A stretch of 64,000 nt of DNA from Candidatus Parcubacteria bacterium (lineage in GTDB: Bacteria > Patescibacteriota > Minisyncoccia > Phycocordibacterales > CAIZLB01). The notes beneath the pieces are model-generated. The model was given only the letters and a program-made list of their open reading frames with translations, did not search any database and had not been told where the DNA came from. The DNA is taken from positions 89,905 to 153,904 of the forward strand of contig JBDKLC010000005.1 in the NCBI GenBank assembly GCA_039795775.1. The letters are read 5' to 3'. Within the stretch, counting starts at the first letter, position 1; every line of letters begins with the position of its first letter. Shown here piece after piece: positions 16,419 through 27,195 of the stretch. The translations under genes were made by a program, and so were the position numbers.

Positions 16419-18689
16419 GTGAATCTCAAATCTCTCGAAATCAACGGCTTTAAATCGTTCGCCAAAAAAGGAGCACTCAGCTTCAATTCTTCAATTACAT
16501 CTATTGTAGGGCCAAACGGCTCGGGTAAATCAAACGTGGCTGAATCATTCCGATTCGTGCTTGGAGAACAATCCATCAAGTCTATGCGAGGAAAGAAAGG
16601 CGAGGACCTTATCTTCAACGGTGGAAAAGATACACCTCGATCAAATAGAGCATCTGTAAAGCTCGTTTTTGATAACACCCATCGAATGTTCAATGTCGAC
16701 TTCGAAGAAGTAGCCCTCGAACGTGTGGTACATCGAGACGGAGTTAATGAATATTTTATAAACGGCTCTCAGGTGCGTCTCAAGGATGTTGTTGAGCTTC
16801 TTGCGCATGCAAACATTGGCGCGTCAGGCCACCATATCATTTCACAAGGTGAAGCTGACCGACTCCTTTCTGCACAGCCACGAGAACGACGAGAAATGAT
16901 CGAAGACGCACTCGGTCTCAAGGTCTATCAATACAAAAAAGATGAAAGTGAAAAGAAACTCCAAAAGACAGCACAACACATCAAAGAAGTTGAATCACTC
17001 CGACGAGAAATTGCTCCACACATTAAGTTTTTGAAAAAGCAGGTAGAAAAAATTGAGAAGGCAATTTTGCTCCGACAGGAACTTACAGATTTATATAAAG
17101 AATACTTCAAACACGAAGACGCATACGTGAAGTATGAAAAAGCTGCGATTGCTGAAGAAAAAGTAAAACCTTCAGAAGAGTTGCACAAACTCCAACTCGA
17201 GCTTGCAGAGCACAAAGCATCACTCGCTGAAGCTCAAAAAGAACATGCAAAAAGTTCTGAGCTTTTTACACTTGAATCAAAAATCAGAGAAACTCGAGCA
17301 AAGAAGGACTCGCTCACTCGAGAATTAGGACGACTTGAAGGGGAAATGGCGTATCTCAAACGTCTCATTGAAAAACGCCTTCACGAAGCCGCGCAGTCAA
17401 ACAATAAGCAGATTTATCTATCTGAAGTAGAACAATTGAGTAAAGAGATTGATGCAAAAATTGCGTATTCGCTCACTATCGAAGATACAGCGACACTCAA
17501 AGCAACAATGTCAGAAATCCGAGATCTTTTTGGATCATTTTTGTCTCATCACAAGACTGCCGAAGTGAGCTCTTCAAACGACGAAGAAAGAGAAATAGAG
17601 CAAATCAGTCACAAGATGAAGGATCTCTCAAAAAATCTTGAAATAGTTGGTCAGGAAGAAACATCACAAGCAGCAGAGTACGCACAAATCAAATCAGATA
17701 TTGATGCAGAAAAAGATAAAAACGTAGAGTCAGAAAAAGCCATCCTTCGTATTATGTCTCGACAGAACGAACTTCACGGAGAGCTTCAGATAATCAAAGC
17801 ACGAGAAGAACGAATTCGAATTGAAGATGAAGAATTTAAACGAGAACTTCATGAAGCTGCAATGCTCGTTGGACGTGAAGCTATTGCCTATGAAGCTGTT
17901 CTCGCACATTCATCAACTCCAGAAGAACGACATGCGCAATCAGAACGAAGACGAACTGTAGAAAAAATAAAAATTCGACTCGAAGAAAACGGCGGTGCTG
18001 GTGGCGATGACGTCATGAAAGAATTCAAAGAAGCAGAAGAACGAGATATGTTCCTCGCTCGTGAACTTACAGACCTCGAAACGTCTGCTGCTACATTAAA
18101 TGGCATGATCACAGAGCTCACTGGAAAACTTGATGAAATGTTCAAGGAAGGTATCAAAAAAATTAACACAGAATTCGAACGATTCTTCAAACTGATGTTC
18201 GGAGGAGGTGAAGCACGACTCGACCTTGTAAAAGAAGAAAAGAAACGACGAAAGAAGTCAGATGATGATTCAGATGACGAACTCACGTCAGCTCTCCTCG
18301 AGGCATCTGCTGCAGATGATGACGAACCAGTACAAGAAGGTATTGATATTCACGTAGCGCTTCCACACAAGCGTACAAAGGGCCTTATGATGCTTTCAGG
18401 AGGAGAACGAGCCCTCACATCTATCGCACTCTTATTTGCAATGTCACAGGTGAACCCGCCTCCATTTATTATTCTCGACGAAACAGACGCCGCGCTCGAT
18501 GAAGCAAACTCTCGAAAGTACGGCGATATGATCGTTTCTCTCTCAAAACACTCTCAGCTCATTCTTATTACTCACAACCGAGAAACAATGTCGCGAGCTG
18601 GAGTTATCTACGGAGTAACAATGGGTAGTGAAGGATATTCAAAACTTCTCTCTATCGCATTCGAAGAAGCAGTAGCAGTAGCAAAATAG
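16419..18689 (+). CDS. smc: SMC-family chromosome condensation ATPase, unusually short (756 aa, no recognisable hinge)
   Basis: N-terminal head MNLKSLEINGFKSF...GPNGSGKSN..FRFVLGEQS. C-terminal head LSGGERALTSIALLFAMSQVNPPPFIILDETDAALDEAN. Coiled-coil middle. GTG start. Confidence 0.8.
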   Translation: MNLKSLEINGFKSFAKKGALSFNSSITSIVGPNGSGKSNVAESFRFVLGEQSIKSMRGKKGEDLIFNGGKDTPRSNRASVKLVFDNTHRMFNVDFEEVALERVVHRDGVNEYFINGSQVRLKDVVELLAHANIGASGHHIISQGEADRLLSAQPRERREMIEDALGLKVYQYKKDESEKKLQKTAQHIKEVESLRREIAPHIKFLKKQVEKIEKAILLRQELTDLYKEYFKHEDAYVKYEKAAIAEEKVKPSEELHKLQLELAEHKASLAEAQKEHAKSSELFTLESKIRETRAKKDSLTRELGRLEGEMAYLKRLIEKRLHEAAQSNNKQIYLSEVEQLSKEIDAKIAYSLTIEDTATLKATMSEIRDLFGSFLSHHKTAEVSSSNDEEREIEQISHKMKDLSKNLEIVGQEETSQAAEYAQIKSDIDAEKDKNVESEKAILRIMSRQNELHGELQIIKAREERIRIEDEEFKRELHEAAMLVGREAIAYEAVLAHSSTPEERHAQSERRRTVEKIKIRLEENGGAGGDDVMKEFKEAEERDMFLARELTDLETSAATLNGMITELTGKLDEMFKEGIKKINTEFERFFKLMFGGGEARLDLVKEEKKRRKKSDDDSDDELTSALLEASAADDDEPVQEGIDIHVALPHKRTKGLMMLSGGERALTSIALLFAMSQVNPPPFIILDETDAALDEANSRKYGDMIVSLSKHSQLILITHNRETMSRAGVIYGVTMGSEGYSKLLSIAFEEAVAVAK

Positions 18690-18693
18690 TTAC

Positions 18694-19857
18694 ATGATTA
18701 CATTATTTAGAATTTTAGTTCTGGTCGGATTGGCTTACCCGATATTTCTTATCATTGGCTACGGGATAATTTGGGATCACAAGTATTTCGAGTCACTTTT
18801 CGCACTAGTACTGATAGCTATTTACTACAGTACGTTTTATTTTCCACAAAAATCAGTTATATGGAAAGCAGTAAATATAACAATATTTACTGCTGAATTT
18901 GTTTGGCTAGTTCATAGATTGTTTTTTTACGCAAAAGAGTATGCTGTTAGTGGTTATGCTAATGAAGAAAGTACTTTAGTATATATACTAATTTTTGCTT
19001 CGCTGTGTCGAGTTGTATTGGCCACACAAGATAGTTATAAAAAGTATAGTAAGTATTTTTCAGTGATACTTTGCTTGTGTATATACAGTGTAAGTGCAGC
19101 AATAGGCTTTTATATTGGAAGTAAGGTTTTACATACTCCAGCTCAAACCTACTATTATCCTTGTGGTTTTTCTTTAAATCATAGCCCGCTAGTCCCTGAC
19201 TCTGGAGGTATGTTTGCTAATGATTCTCACGGTTGGGAGCAAGAAGTAAGATCAACCAGTACTAGTATTTTTGATAGAAGAGACTACAACGAATTTGTAC
19301 TAGAGAAAGTGCTTGTTAAAAATAAATGTTCAAATGAATCAAATCCAATAAACGTCGGTCAATATAATCAGTTACTTATGTATCCGACTCTTAGTATTAC
19401 AACCTACTTTGATAAAGAAGGAAGTGATACTGATGTTAAAGATTGGTTTACTAATACATGGTTAGATATAGATAATCCTTTTACTACCGACTACTTTTTT
19501 GTAGATGAAAAGTTTAATTCTATGTTGAATGAACACGTCAATCTTTACGAAGATCGTATTTTAAATAAAGATTCAAAGAAGTTAGTTCAACCCATACTTG
19601 AAAGTATGATGTTAAAAGCAAAACGTATTTCAATAAATGACTATCCAGCTTTAGTTGTAGACAACACTTCAGAATATTATTTAGAAAAAGTATATTTTCT
19701 GAGCAGCAAAAAAGGACAATTTGCAGCAATAAGATGTACGTATGCTTTTGACTCTGTTGAGGATCAGCAACTGAACACAGACCTCTGTGAAAAAGCACTT
19801 TCATCTTTCAACATGTATGAACTTTCTGAAGACATCAGAAGATATATAACTAATTAG
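18694..19857 (+). CDS. AT-rich hypothetical membrane protein (4 N-terminal TM helices + extracytoplasmic domain)
   Basis: 387 aa at roughly 30% GC versus about 47% in the flanks. Starts 4 nt after the smc stop. Confidence 0.5.
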   Translation: MITLFRILVLVGLAYPIFLIIGYGIIWDHKYFESLFALVLIAIYYSTFYFPQKSVIWKAVNITIFTAEFVWLVHRLFFYAKEYAVSGYANEESTLVYILIFASLCRVVLATQDSYKKYSKYFSVILCLCIYSVSAAIGFYIGSKVLHTPAQTYYYPCGFSLNHSPLVPDSGGMFANDSHGWEQEVRSTSTSIFDRRDYNEFVLEKVLVKNKCSNESNPINVGQYNQLLMYPTLSITTYFDKEGSDTDVKDWFTNTWLDIDNPFTTDYFFVDEKFNSMLNEHVNLYEDRILNKDSKKLVQPILESMMLKAKRISINDYPALVVDNTSEYYLEKVYFLSSKKGQFAAIRCTYAFDSVEDQQLNTDLCEKALSSFNMYELSEDIRRYITN

Positions 19858-19869
19858 GAATGATGTATT

Positions 19870-21861
19870 TTATTGAGCTTGGTCTATGATAACGAAGTCG
19901 AGCATTCTGTTTTCGAGGTCTGCACCGAGGAGTTTTACTCGGATAGGATCGCCGAGATGGAATTCTCGTTTAGTTTTCTGACCTACAACTTTGTAGTTCT
20001 TTTGGTCTACTTCATAGAAGTCACCAGGAAGATCTCGAAGTCGAATAAGACCTTCTGCTTTTGCCTCAGGCTCTTCAACGTAGATACCCCAGTCAGCAAT
20101 ACCAGAGATAACAGCATCAAACTCCTGACCAATCTTGTCCTGCATGTATTCCACTTGCTTGTATTTGATAGAAGCTCGTTCAGCATCGGCTGCTTCGATT
20201 TCTCGTCGTGAAGACTGTTCACAAATCTTTTCGAGAGTTGCCACAAACTGCTGAGCAACAACTTTTCCTTGGAGGAGTTGTCCGAGGATTCGGTGCACCA
20301 TGAGGTCTGGATATCGTCGGATAGGTGATGTGAAGTGTGTGTAATATTCGAAAGCGAGACCGAAGTGGCCTACGTTCTTTGTAGAGTAGAGGGCTTTTGC
20401 CATAGATCGAAGAGTAGCTGTCTTGATAGCTGTTTCAGCACTGTTGCCAATGACATCTTGAAGAAGTTTTTGCACTTCTTTTGGCGTAATCTTTTTACTT
20501 GGATTGAATTCGATACCCATGGCCTTCACAAACACAGCGAGCTCATGAAGCTTTTCGTGGTTTGGAAGGTCATGCACTCGGTATACACCGGCAAGAGGAG
20601 TATTCGACTGCTTGTTTTTGTCATACACATATTTTGCTACTTCTTGGTTGGCAAGAAGCATAAATTCTTCGACGAGTTTGTGTGTGTCGAGTCGTTCTTT
20701 CTTGTATACAGCAATAGGCTTGCCGTTTTCATCAAGTTTGAATTTGATTTCAGTTGAGTCGAAGTCGATAGAGCCCTTGTTCTTTCGTCGTCGCTGGAAA
20801 ATCTTTGCGATCTGATTGAATTCGTTGAGTTCTTTGAAATATTCACCAGTACCTGCATCAAGTACTTCTTGTGCGTTTTCGTAAGTGAATCGTTTGTCAG
20901 AATAAATAACAGTCTGCCCAAACCATCGGTCGTGAATTTCACCATTTCGGTTCATCTTAAACACAGCTGAGAAAGCGAATCGGTCTTCGTGTGGGTTCAA
21001 ACTACATACATCTGTAGAGAGAATAGAAGGGAGCATCGGCACTGTTCGGTCTACGAGATAGACAGATGTCGCTCGTCGTCGAGCTTCATCGTCGAGAGGT
21101 GTACCTTCTCTTACGAAATGAGATACGTCAGCAATATGCACGCCAATTTCTAAGAGTGCATTACCATGCTGATCTTTTTCATCGAGTTCTCGAAGTGAAA
21201 GCGCATCATCGAAGTCCTTTGCATCAAATGGGTCGATAGTACATGTAAATACTTTTCGGAAATCTCGTCGTTTTGCTACTTCTTCGTCAGTGATAGGAGC
21301 ATAGAGTCGTCGTGATTCTTCAGCACTATCGATGACATCTTGAGTAAATGTAGTATCAAATCCTCGTTCGATAACAATAGACTCCATTTCTACGTTGTTG
21401 TTTCCTTTTTCACCAATTACTTTAACGAGTGTACCTGGTGCAATTCTACCTTCTGTCCATGCATCGAATGATACTTGTGCGACTGCTTTTAGACCTTCTT
21501 TGAGGCTGGCATCAGCGGGGAGGTTCTTAATCCAGATAGCAATGTGAGCTCGGCGGTCATCAGGTTCAAGGAAAAATTCACCGACGTTTTTTACGCCGGC
21601 CATTACTGTACCTACAAACTGTATTTTCTTTCGTTCGAGCACACGTACTACTTTTCCTTGTATAGCACCTTTATAGCCACTATATGTCTCTACTTCTACA
21701 GTATCTCCATGGAGGGCGAGACCAATATCATCTGGTTCGATAGAAATGTCTTCTTCTGAATGTTCAACATTGAGAAAACCTTTTCCTTTTGAGTTAAGAC
21801 TGATAATGCCTGTTTCAATATTAGTTTTTTTATCTTTATTTGAGATTTCGTTCATGTTCAA
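19870..21861 (-). CDS. rnr: ribonuclease R (RNB-family 3'-5' exoribonuclease)
   Basis: 663 aa. Cold-shock/OB N-terminus, RNB catalytic core, C-terminal S1 domain. Confidence 0.9.
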   Translation of the reverse strand: MNMNEISNKDKKTNIETGIISLNSKGKGFLNVEHSEEDISIEPDDIGLALHGDTVEVETYSGYKGAIQGKVVRVLERKKIQFVGTVMAGVKNVGEFFLEPDDRRAHIAIWIKNLPADASLKEGLKAVAQVSFDAWTEGRIAPGTLVKVIGEKGNNNVEMESIVIERGFDTTFTQDVIDSAEESRRLYAPITDEEVAKRRDFRKVFTCTIDPFDAKDFDDALSLRELDEKDQHGNALLEIGVHIADVSHFVREGTPLDDEARRRATSVYLVDRTVPMLPSILSTDVCSLNPHEDRFAFSAVFKMNRNGEIHDRWFGQTVIYSDKRFTYENAQEVLDAGTGEYFKELNEFNQIAKIFQRRRKNKGSIDFDSTEIKFKLDENGKPIAVYKKERLDTHKLVEEFMLLANQEVAKYVYDKNKQSNTPLAGVYRVHDLPNHEKLHELAVFVKAMGIEFNPSKKITPKEVQKLLQDVIGNSAETAIKTATLRSMAKALYSTKNVGHFGLAFEYYTHFTSPIRRYPDLMVHRILGQLLQGKVVAQQFVATLEKICEQSSRREIEAADAERASIKYKQVEYMQDKIGQEFDAVISGIADWGIYVEEPEAKAEGLIRLRDLPGDFYEVDQKNYKVVGQKTKREFHLGDPIRVKLLGADLENRMLDFVIIDQAQ

Positions 21862-22017
21862 TATGCTAACAGAAATAGCTCAAATAACAACTCGAAGGCA
21901 CGTAAATAAGCCATTTTTTGTCATTTAAGAGGCTATTTGAAGGGAAGTGCTGTGAATGAGCACTATCTCTAAAAGAGGGCCGTTAGCTGCCTTTCAGGGC
22001 TCTTGTTGGGCATATTG

Positions 22018-22046
22018 TTGACTCTTGAGGCTCTATCTGTTAGTAT
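22018..22046 (+). promoter_or_regulatory. candidate sigma70-type promoter for rpsP (TTGACT-17-TAGTAT), near-leaderless
   Basis: TTGACT at 22018-22023, a 17-nt spacer, TAGTAT at 22041-22046. ATG at 22058 with no SD. Confidence 0.35.
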
Positions 22047-22057
22047 TTTGCCTACAT

Positions 22058-22372
22058 ATGTTAAAGATACGACTACAACGAATTGGCCGAAAGAACGAAC
22101 CGTCTTTTCGACTTGTTTTGACAGAATCTAAGAGTGCTACAAAAAAGAAAGCCATTGAAGTACTTGGTTCACACGATTTCCGAAAGGATGGAACAATCCT
22201 CAAGGCTGATCGAATTAAACACTGGATTTCTATGGGTGCTCAGGTTTCTGACACAGCTCATAACCTCCTTGTTTCAAACAAAATCATTACAGGCAAAAAG
22301 AAGAACGTATTGCCAAAGAAGACAGTTGCAGCAAAACCAGAAGAAGCAGCAGCCGCTCCAGCACAGGCTTAA
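22058..22372 (+). CDS. rpsP: 30S ribosomal protein S16
   Basis: MLKIRLQRIGRKNEPSFRLVLTESKS... The track ORF starts upstream at 22025; the conserved S16 N-terminus begins at 22058. Confidence 0.9.
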   Translation: MLKIRLQRIGRKNEPSFRLVLTESKSATKKKAIEVLGSHDFRKDGTILKADRIKHWISMGAQVSDTAHNLLVSNKIITGKKKNVLPKKTVAAKPEEAAAAPAQA

Positions 22373-22515
22373 ATCTCCTTAACACATTGAGACACTCTCT
22401 TTGTGTAATTTAGCTCACCTCGTAACGTTATAGAGAAAGTAGGTATAACAGCATTGACCCAAGTGGAGGTTCTTATATAATTTATTAGGTATAATCATTA
22501 ATAACCGAAAAACGT

Positions 22516-22833
22516 ATGAATGAAAGAGACGCACAGTTTTTAGAGTATGTAGTGAAGGCGCTCGTTGATAATCCCGATGCTGTAAAAATCAGTAGAACAG
22601 TGGATGAAATGGGTGTGCTTCTCACTCTTATCGTTGACCCAGCAGATATGGGCAAGATAATCGGCCGATCAGGAAACACAGCAAAAGCAATTCGAACACT
22701 TCTTCGAGTGGTAGGAATGAAGAATAATGCACGAGTAAACCTTAAGATTAATGAACCCGAAGGCGGACTTCCACGAAAGGAAGGAAGTATGAAGTCAGTA
22801 GATGAGGCAATGGCAGATCTCAATATTGAATAA
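22516..22833 (+). CDS. KH-domain RNA-binding protein (UPF0109/YlqC-like)
   Basis: 105 aa. KISRTVDEMGVLLTLIVDPADMGKIIGRSGNTAKAIRTLL GxxG KH motif. Conserved position between rpsP and trmD. Confidence 0.8.
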   Translation: MNERDAQFLEYVVKALVDNPDAVKISRTVDEMGVLLTLIVDPADMGKIIGRSGNTAKAIRTLLRVVGMKNNARVNLKINEPEGGLPRKEGSMKSVDEAMADLNIE

Positions 22834-22853
22834 TCAAATCTAGTGTCAGAAAG

Positions 22854-22884
22854 CAATACCCCGAAAGGGGTATTGTTATTTTAC
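22854..22884 (+). terminator. rho-independent terminator
   Basis: CAATACCCC-gaaa-GGGGTATTG followed by TTATTTTA. Confidence 0.75.
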
Positions 22885-22959
22885 AAAACTATTGTATAGT
22901 ACAAGTGCCCAAATACATTCTCAGTCAGGATACTATCTTATTCTTATTTGATTTAGACG

Positions 22960-23706
22960 ATGAAAACTAAAAAGCCAACACAGGCACCACTCACATTTCA
23001 TATCATCTCTCTTTTTCCAGAGAGCTTTTCTTCGTATCTCGGTGAATCAATTCTCGCTCGTGCACAGAAAGAAAAGAAGATTGCCGTGAAGTTCTATAAC
23101 CCACGTGATTTTTCAAAACCAACTGGTGCACAAAAACTAAAAGAACGACCATACTTGCGTGTGGATGACAAACCATACGGTGGTGGTCCGGGCATGGTGA
23201 TGCAAGCTCTTCCATTGGCGAAAGCGATTGATAAAGCCTTGAGTGGTGCTCAAAAAAAGAAGACATTTACAAAAGCTCAGATTGTTTTTTTGTCTCCAAC
23301 CGGTACTCAGTTTACAAATGACCTCGCCACTGAAGCTGCCCATACATATTCAGATATCATTTTTCTTTGTGGAAGATACGAGGGGATTGATGCCCGTGTA
23401 AAAAGTATGTTCAAGATGGATGAAGTATCTGTAGGTCCATTTGTTACTACAGGAGGGGAGTTGCCAGCTATGATTATGATCGATGCCATCTCTCGTCAGA
23501 TTCCAGGAGTACTCGGCAACTTTTCAAGTCGGGAAGAATCACGTATCTCATCAAGTGACGTCTATACACGACCTGCCGTCGTTGAATTTAAAAAGAAAAC
23601 GTACGCAGTGCCAGAAGTGCTTCTTTCAGGCCACCATGCGGTCATTGATTCATGGAAGGAAGAAAAGAAATCTGTCAAAGGGACAAAACGTCAGACAATA
23701 AAATAA
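22960..23706 (+). CDS. trmD: tRNA (guanine37-N1)-methyltransferase
   Basis: 248 aa. SPOUT fold signatures (FHIISLFPE, YGGGPGMVM). Confidence 0.9.
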   Translation: MKTKKPTQAPLTFHIISLFPESFSSYLGESILARAQKEKKIAVKFYNPRDFSKPTGAQKLKERPYLRVDDKPYGGGPGMVMQALPLAKAIDKALSGAQKKKTFTKAQIVFLSPTGTQFTNDLATEAAHTYSDIIFLCGRYEGIDARVKSMFKMDEVSVGPFVTTGGELPAMIMIDAISRQIPGVLGNFSSREESRISSSDVYTRPAVVEFKKKTYAVPEVLLSGHHAVIDSWKEEKKSVKGTKRQTIK

Positions 23707-23984
23707 GGGCTCAGACTAGGGTTGATTTCAATAAAGGAATGTCAACAGGGTTAATTTGACACCTGTGGATAATTCGTTTACTATGTGGTTCTGCGATAAC
23801 GATTGAGTTTATGGCTGACTCATCGCGGAATTTCTCATCTTTGATCTTTGGTTACCCGCCAAAGACCAATACCCGGGTAAGCTACAGATAGCCTTTTACA
23901 ACCTTAGAAATAAGGACGGGCATCTGTCGGCTTCACAATTGAATGATTATAAATTTATAAGTGTATTAAGACGCACCCAGCATT

Positions 23985-26900
23985 ATGATGCGCCCAAAAA
24001 AAACGTTTTCGCGATTCAAGGAGCCGCTCGCGCCGCTTCCAAACTTGGTAGAAGGTCAGTTACTTTCATATAAATGGTTACTAGAACAAGGTATTAATGA
24101 TGTCTTTAAGGAATTTGCAGCCGTTACAGACTATTCAGGCAAAAAATTTGAACTTGAATTCGTAAGCTTCCAGCTCGACAAGTCAAAGCACGACGAGTAT
24201 TACGCAAAAGAAAATAAGATGAACTTCGAAGCACCTCTCAAGGTGATGGTTCGTCTTAAGAATAAAATTATGGGCAGTGTGAAGGAACAAGAAATCTTCA
24301 TGGCCGATTTCCCTTTGATGACAGATCATGGGACTTTTATCATTAACGGTATCGAACGACTTATCGTTCCTCAGCTCGCACGATCATACGGTGTATTCTT
24401 TACAGCGTCTGAAACAAAGGGCCGAAATTACTTTGGAGCAAAAATCATTCCAGCACGAGGTGCATGGATTGAACTCGAAAGTGATGCTGATGGTGCTATA
24501 TATGTACGAATCGATCGAAAGCGAAAATTCGCTGTTTCATCTCTCCTCCGGGTATTCGGTACTACAACTGATTCAGAAATCAAGGCTCTTTTCAAAGATA
24601 ATGAAGAAGCTAAGATGTGGATCGACACAACTCTTGCAAAAGACCACGCGAAGACAGTAGAAGATTCATATATTGAAATCTACAAACGACTTCGAGATGG
24701 TGACCTTGCTACAGCTGAAAACGCAAAAGAAGAAGTAGACAAACTCATGAGTAAGGATCGATATGACCTTTCAAAGGTAGGACGATTCCGATTCAATCAG
24801 CGATTTGAAAAGGGTATGGACGAACAAGATCTCGTTCGAATGACTCTATCTATTGATGACCTCAAGACTATTATTGAACACATCATCAAGCTCAATAATC
24901 ACCCAGAAGCTCTTATCGACGACGTTGACCACATGGGTTCACGACGAGTGAAGTATGTAGGTGAACTTCTTCAGCAGAAGATTCGACTTGGTATGACTCA
25001 GATCCGACGAAACATTCAGAACCGAATGTCTACTATCGATACTGATGCAACTCTCCCTGTACAGTTCATTGTTCCTCGACCTCTCCAGGCTCGAATCAAA
25101 GAATTCTTTACAACAAACCAGTTGTCACAGTTCATGAGTCAGGAAAACATCTTGGCTGAAATCGAACATCTTCGAACAATTACAGCTCTTGGTTCTGGAG
25201 GTCTTACACGAGAACGAGCTGGTATTGAAGTTCGAGACGTTCACCCTTCACACTACGGCCGAGCTTGTCCTATTCACACACCAGAAGGTCAAAACATTGG
25301 TCTCGTACTTCACCTTGCGACATACGCTCGAATCAACCACTTCGGTATGATCGAAACTCCGTATGCAAAAGTGAAGAACGGAAAGATCACAAAAGAAATC
25401 GTATATTTGAACGCACTCGAAGAAGAAGGCTTCAAAATTGCGCACGCTGCGACTCCTTATGATGCAGACGGAAAGATTTCTGAAAAACAGGTAGAAGTTC
25501 GAATCAAAGGACGACCAGTACTTGTACCACTCGAAGAAGTAGACTACATCGACGTTGCTACAGAACAGGCGTTCTCTATTTCAACATCTATGATTCCGTT
25601 CTTGAACCACGACGATGCCAACCGAGCGCTCATGGGATCAAACATGCAGAAGCAGGCTACACCTTGTATCATTCCTGAAGCTCCATTTGTTGCTACAGGT
25701 ATTGAAGAAAAGGCGGCTCAAGATACAGGGCGAATCATCATTGCTCCTGAAGACGGTACTATCGTTGCAGTAGATGCACGAGAAATCACTCTTAAGGGTA
25801 AGAAGGATCACAAGTTCCGACTCGTTAGTTTCAATAGAACAAACCAATTTACTGCATTCCATCAGCGACCTCTCGTTGAATTGAATCAGAAAGTAAAACG
25901 AGGTGATGTTCTCGCGGACACATCTACATCTGAAAACGGTCAGATGGCTCTTGGACAGAACGTTCTTGTAGCATTCATGACTTGGTCAGGTGCAAACTAT
26001 GAAGATGCCATCATCGTATCTGAACGACTTGTAAAAGAATCTAAATTTACATCAATCCACATCGAAGAAATCGTTGTGAATGTTCGAGATACAAAACTAG
26101 GGCCTGAAGTTACAACTCACGACATTCCAAACGTTGGTGAAAACCGACTCAAGAATCTCGACGTAGACGGTATCGTTCGAGTAGGTGCTGAAGTACGACC
26201 TGGCGATATTCTCGTAGGTAAAATTACTCCAAAATCTGAAACTCAGCTCACTCCAGAAGAACGACTTCTCCGATCTATCTTCGGTGAAAAATCACGAGAT
26301 GTAAAAGATACATCAAAGCGACTCGAAAACGGTAAACGAGGACGAGTTATTGGTGTAAAAATCTTCTCACGAGAAAAGGGTGACAAACTCGAATCTGGAA
26401 TCATCAAACGAATCCACATCGAAGTTGCACTTCTCCGAAATCTTTCAGTGGGTGACAAACTTGCTGGACGACACGGTAACAAGGGTGTTATCTCACGAGT
26501 ACTCCCAGTAGAAGATATGCCATACATGGCTGACGGAACACCTATCGACGTGATCCTTACACCTCTTGGTGTACCATCTCGAATGAACCTCGGTCAGATT
26601 CTCGAACTCCACCTCGGTCTCGCAGCTTCAAAGCTCGGCTACCAGGCGATTGTTCCTCCATTTACAGGTGCAACAGCTGAAGAAGTAAAAGCTGAACTTG
26701 TAAAAGCAGGCTTCAACGAAAACGGAAAGATGAAACTCTTCGACGGACGAACGGGTGAACAATACAACCAGGACATTGCGGTTGGATACATGTACATCTT
26801 GAAACTTCACCACATGGTTGAAGACAAGATCCACATGCGATCAATTGGTCCGTACTCTCTCATTACACAGCAGCCACTTGGAGGTAAAGCTCAAGGTGGA

Positions 26901-27176
26901 GGTCAGCGATTTGGAGAGATGGAAGTATGGGCGCTTGCAGGTTACGGAGCAGCTCATGCACTTCGAGAAATGCTTACAATCAAGTCTGACGATATCCAAG
27001 GTCGGTCTCAGGCATTCGATTCAATTGTAAAGGGTGAAAAACTCCTCGAACCAGGAACACCAGCATCATTCAACGTACTTCTTTCAAACCTCCGAGGTCT
27101 CGGCATCGACGTAGAACTCAACAAAGAAGGACAGGTAGCAGATGCGTCTGAACTTACAACTGAAGAAGCAAAATAA
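23985..27176 (+). CDS. rpoB: DNA-directed RNA polymerase beta subunit
   Basis: 1063 aa. Conserved along the full length (e.g. GSRRVKYVGELLQ, NMQKQA, GDKLAGRHGNKGV). Confidence 0.95.
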   Translation: MMRPKKTFSRFKEPLAPLPNLVEGQLLSYKWLLEQGINDVFKEFAAVTDYSGKKFELEFVSFQLDKSKHDEYYAKENKMNFEAPLKVMVRLKNKIMGSVKEQEIFMADFPLMTDHGTFIINGIERLIVPQLARSYGVFFTASETKGRNYFGAKIIPARGAWIELESDADGAIYVRIDRKRKFAVSSLLRVFGTTTDSEIKALFKDNEEAKMWIDTTLAKDHAKTVEDSYIEIYKRLRDGDLATAENAKEEVDKLMSKDRYDLSKVGRFRFNQRFEKGMDEQDLVRMTLSIDDLKTIIEHIIKLNNHPEALIDDVDHMGSRRVKYVGELLQQKIRLGMTQIRRNIQNRMSTIDTDATLPVQFIVPRPLQARIKEFFTTNQLSQFMSQENILAEIEHLRTITALGSGGLTRERAGIEVRDVHPSHYGRACPIHTPEGQNIGLVLHLATYARINHFGMIETPYAKVKNGKITKEIVYLNALEEEGFKIAHAATPYDADGKISEKQVEVRIKGRPVLVPLEEVDYIDVATEQAFSISTSMIPFLNHDDANRALMGSNMQKQATPCIIPEAPFVATGIEEKAAQDTGRIIIAPEDGTIVAVDAREITLKGKKDHKFRLVSFNRTNQFTAFHQRPLVELNQKVKRGDVLADTSTSENGQMALGQNVLVAFMTWSGANYEDAIIVSERLVKESKFTSIHIEEIVVNVRDTKLGPEVTTHDIPNVGENRLKNLDVDGIVRVGAEVRPGDILVGKITPKSETQLTPEERLLRSIFGEKSRDVKDTSKRLENGKRGRVIGVKIFSREKGDKLESGIIKRIHIEVALLRNLSVGDKLAGRHGNKGVISRVLPVEDMPYMADGTPIDVILTPLGVPSRMNLGQILELHLGLAASKLGYQAIVPPFTGATAEEVKAELVKAGFNENGKMKLFDGRTGEQYNQDIAVGYMYILKLHHMVEDKIHMRSIGPYSLITQQPLGGKAQGGGQRFGEMEVWALAGYGAAHALREMLTIKSDDIQGRSQAFDSIVKGEKLLEPGTPASFNVLLSNLRGLGIDVELNKEGQVADASELTTEEAK

Positions 27177-27195
27177 TTAATTGAGTACAAAATAT

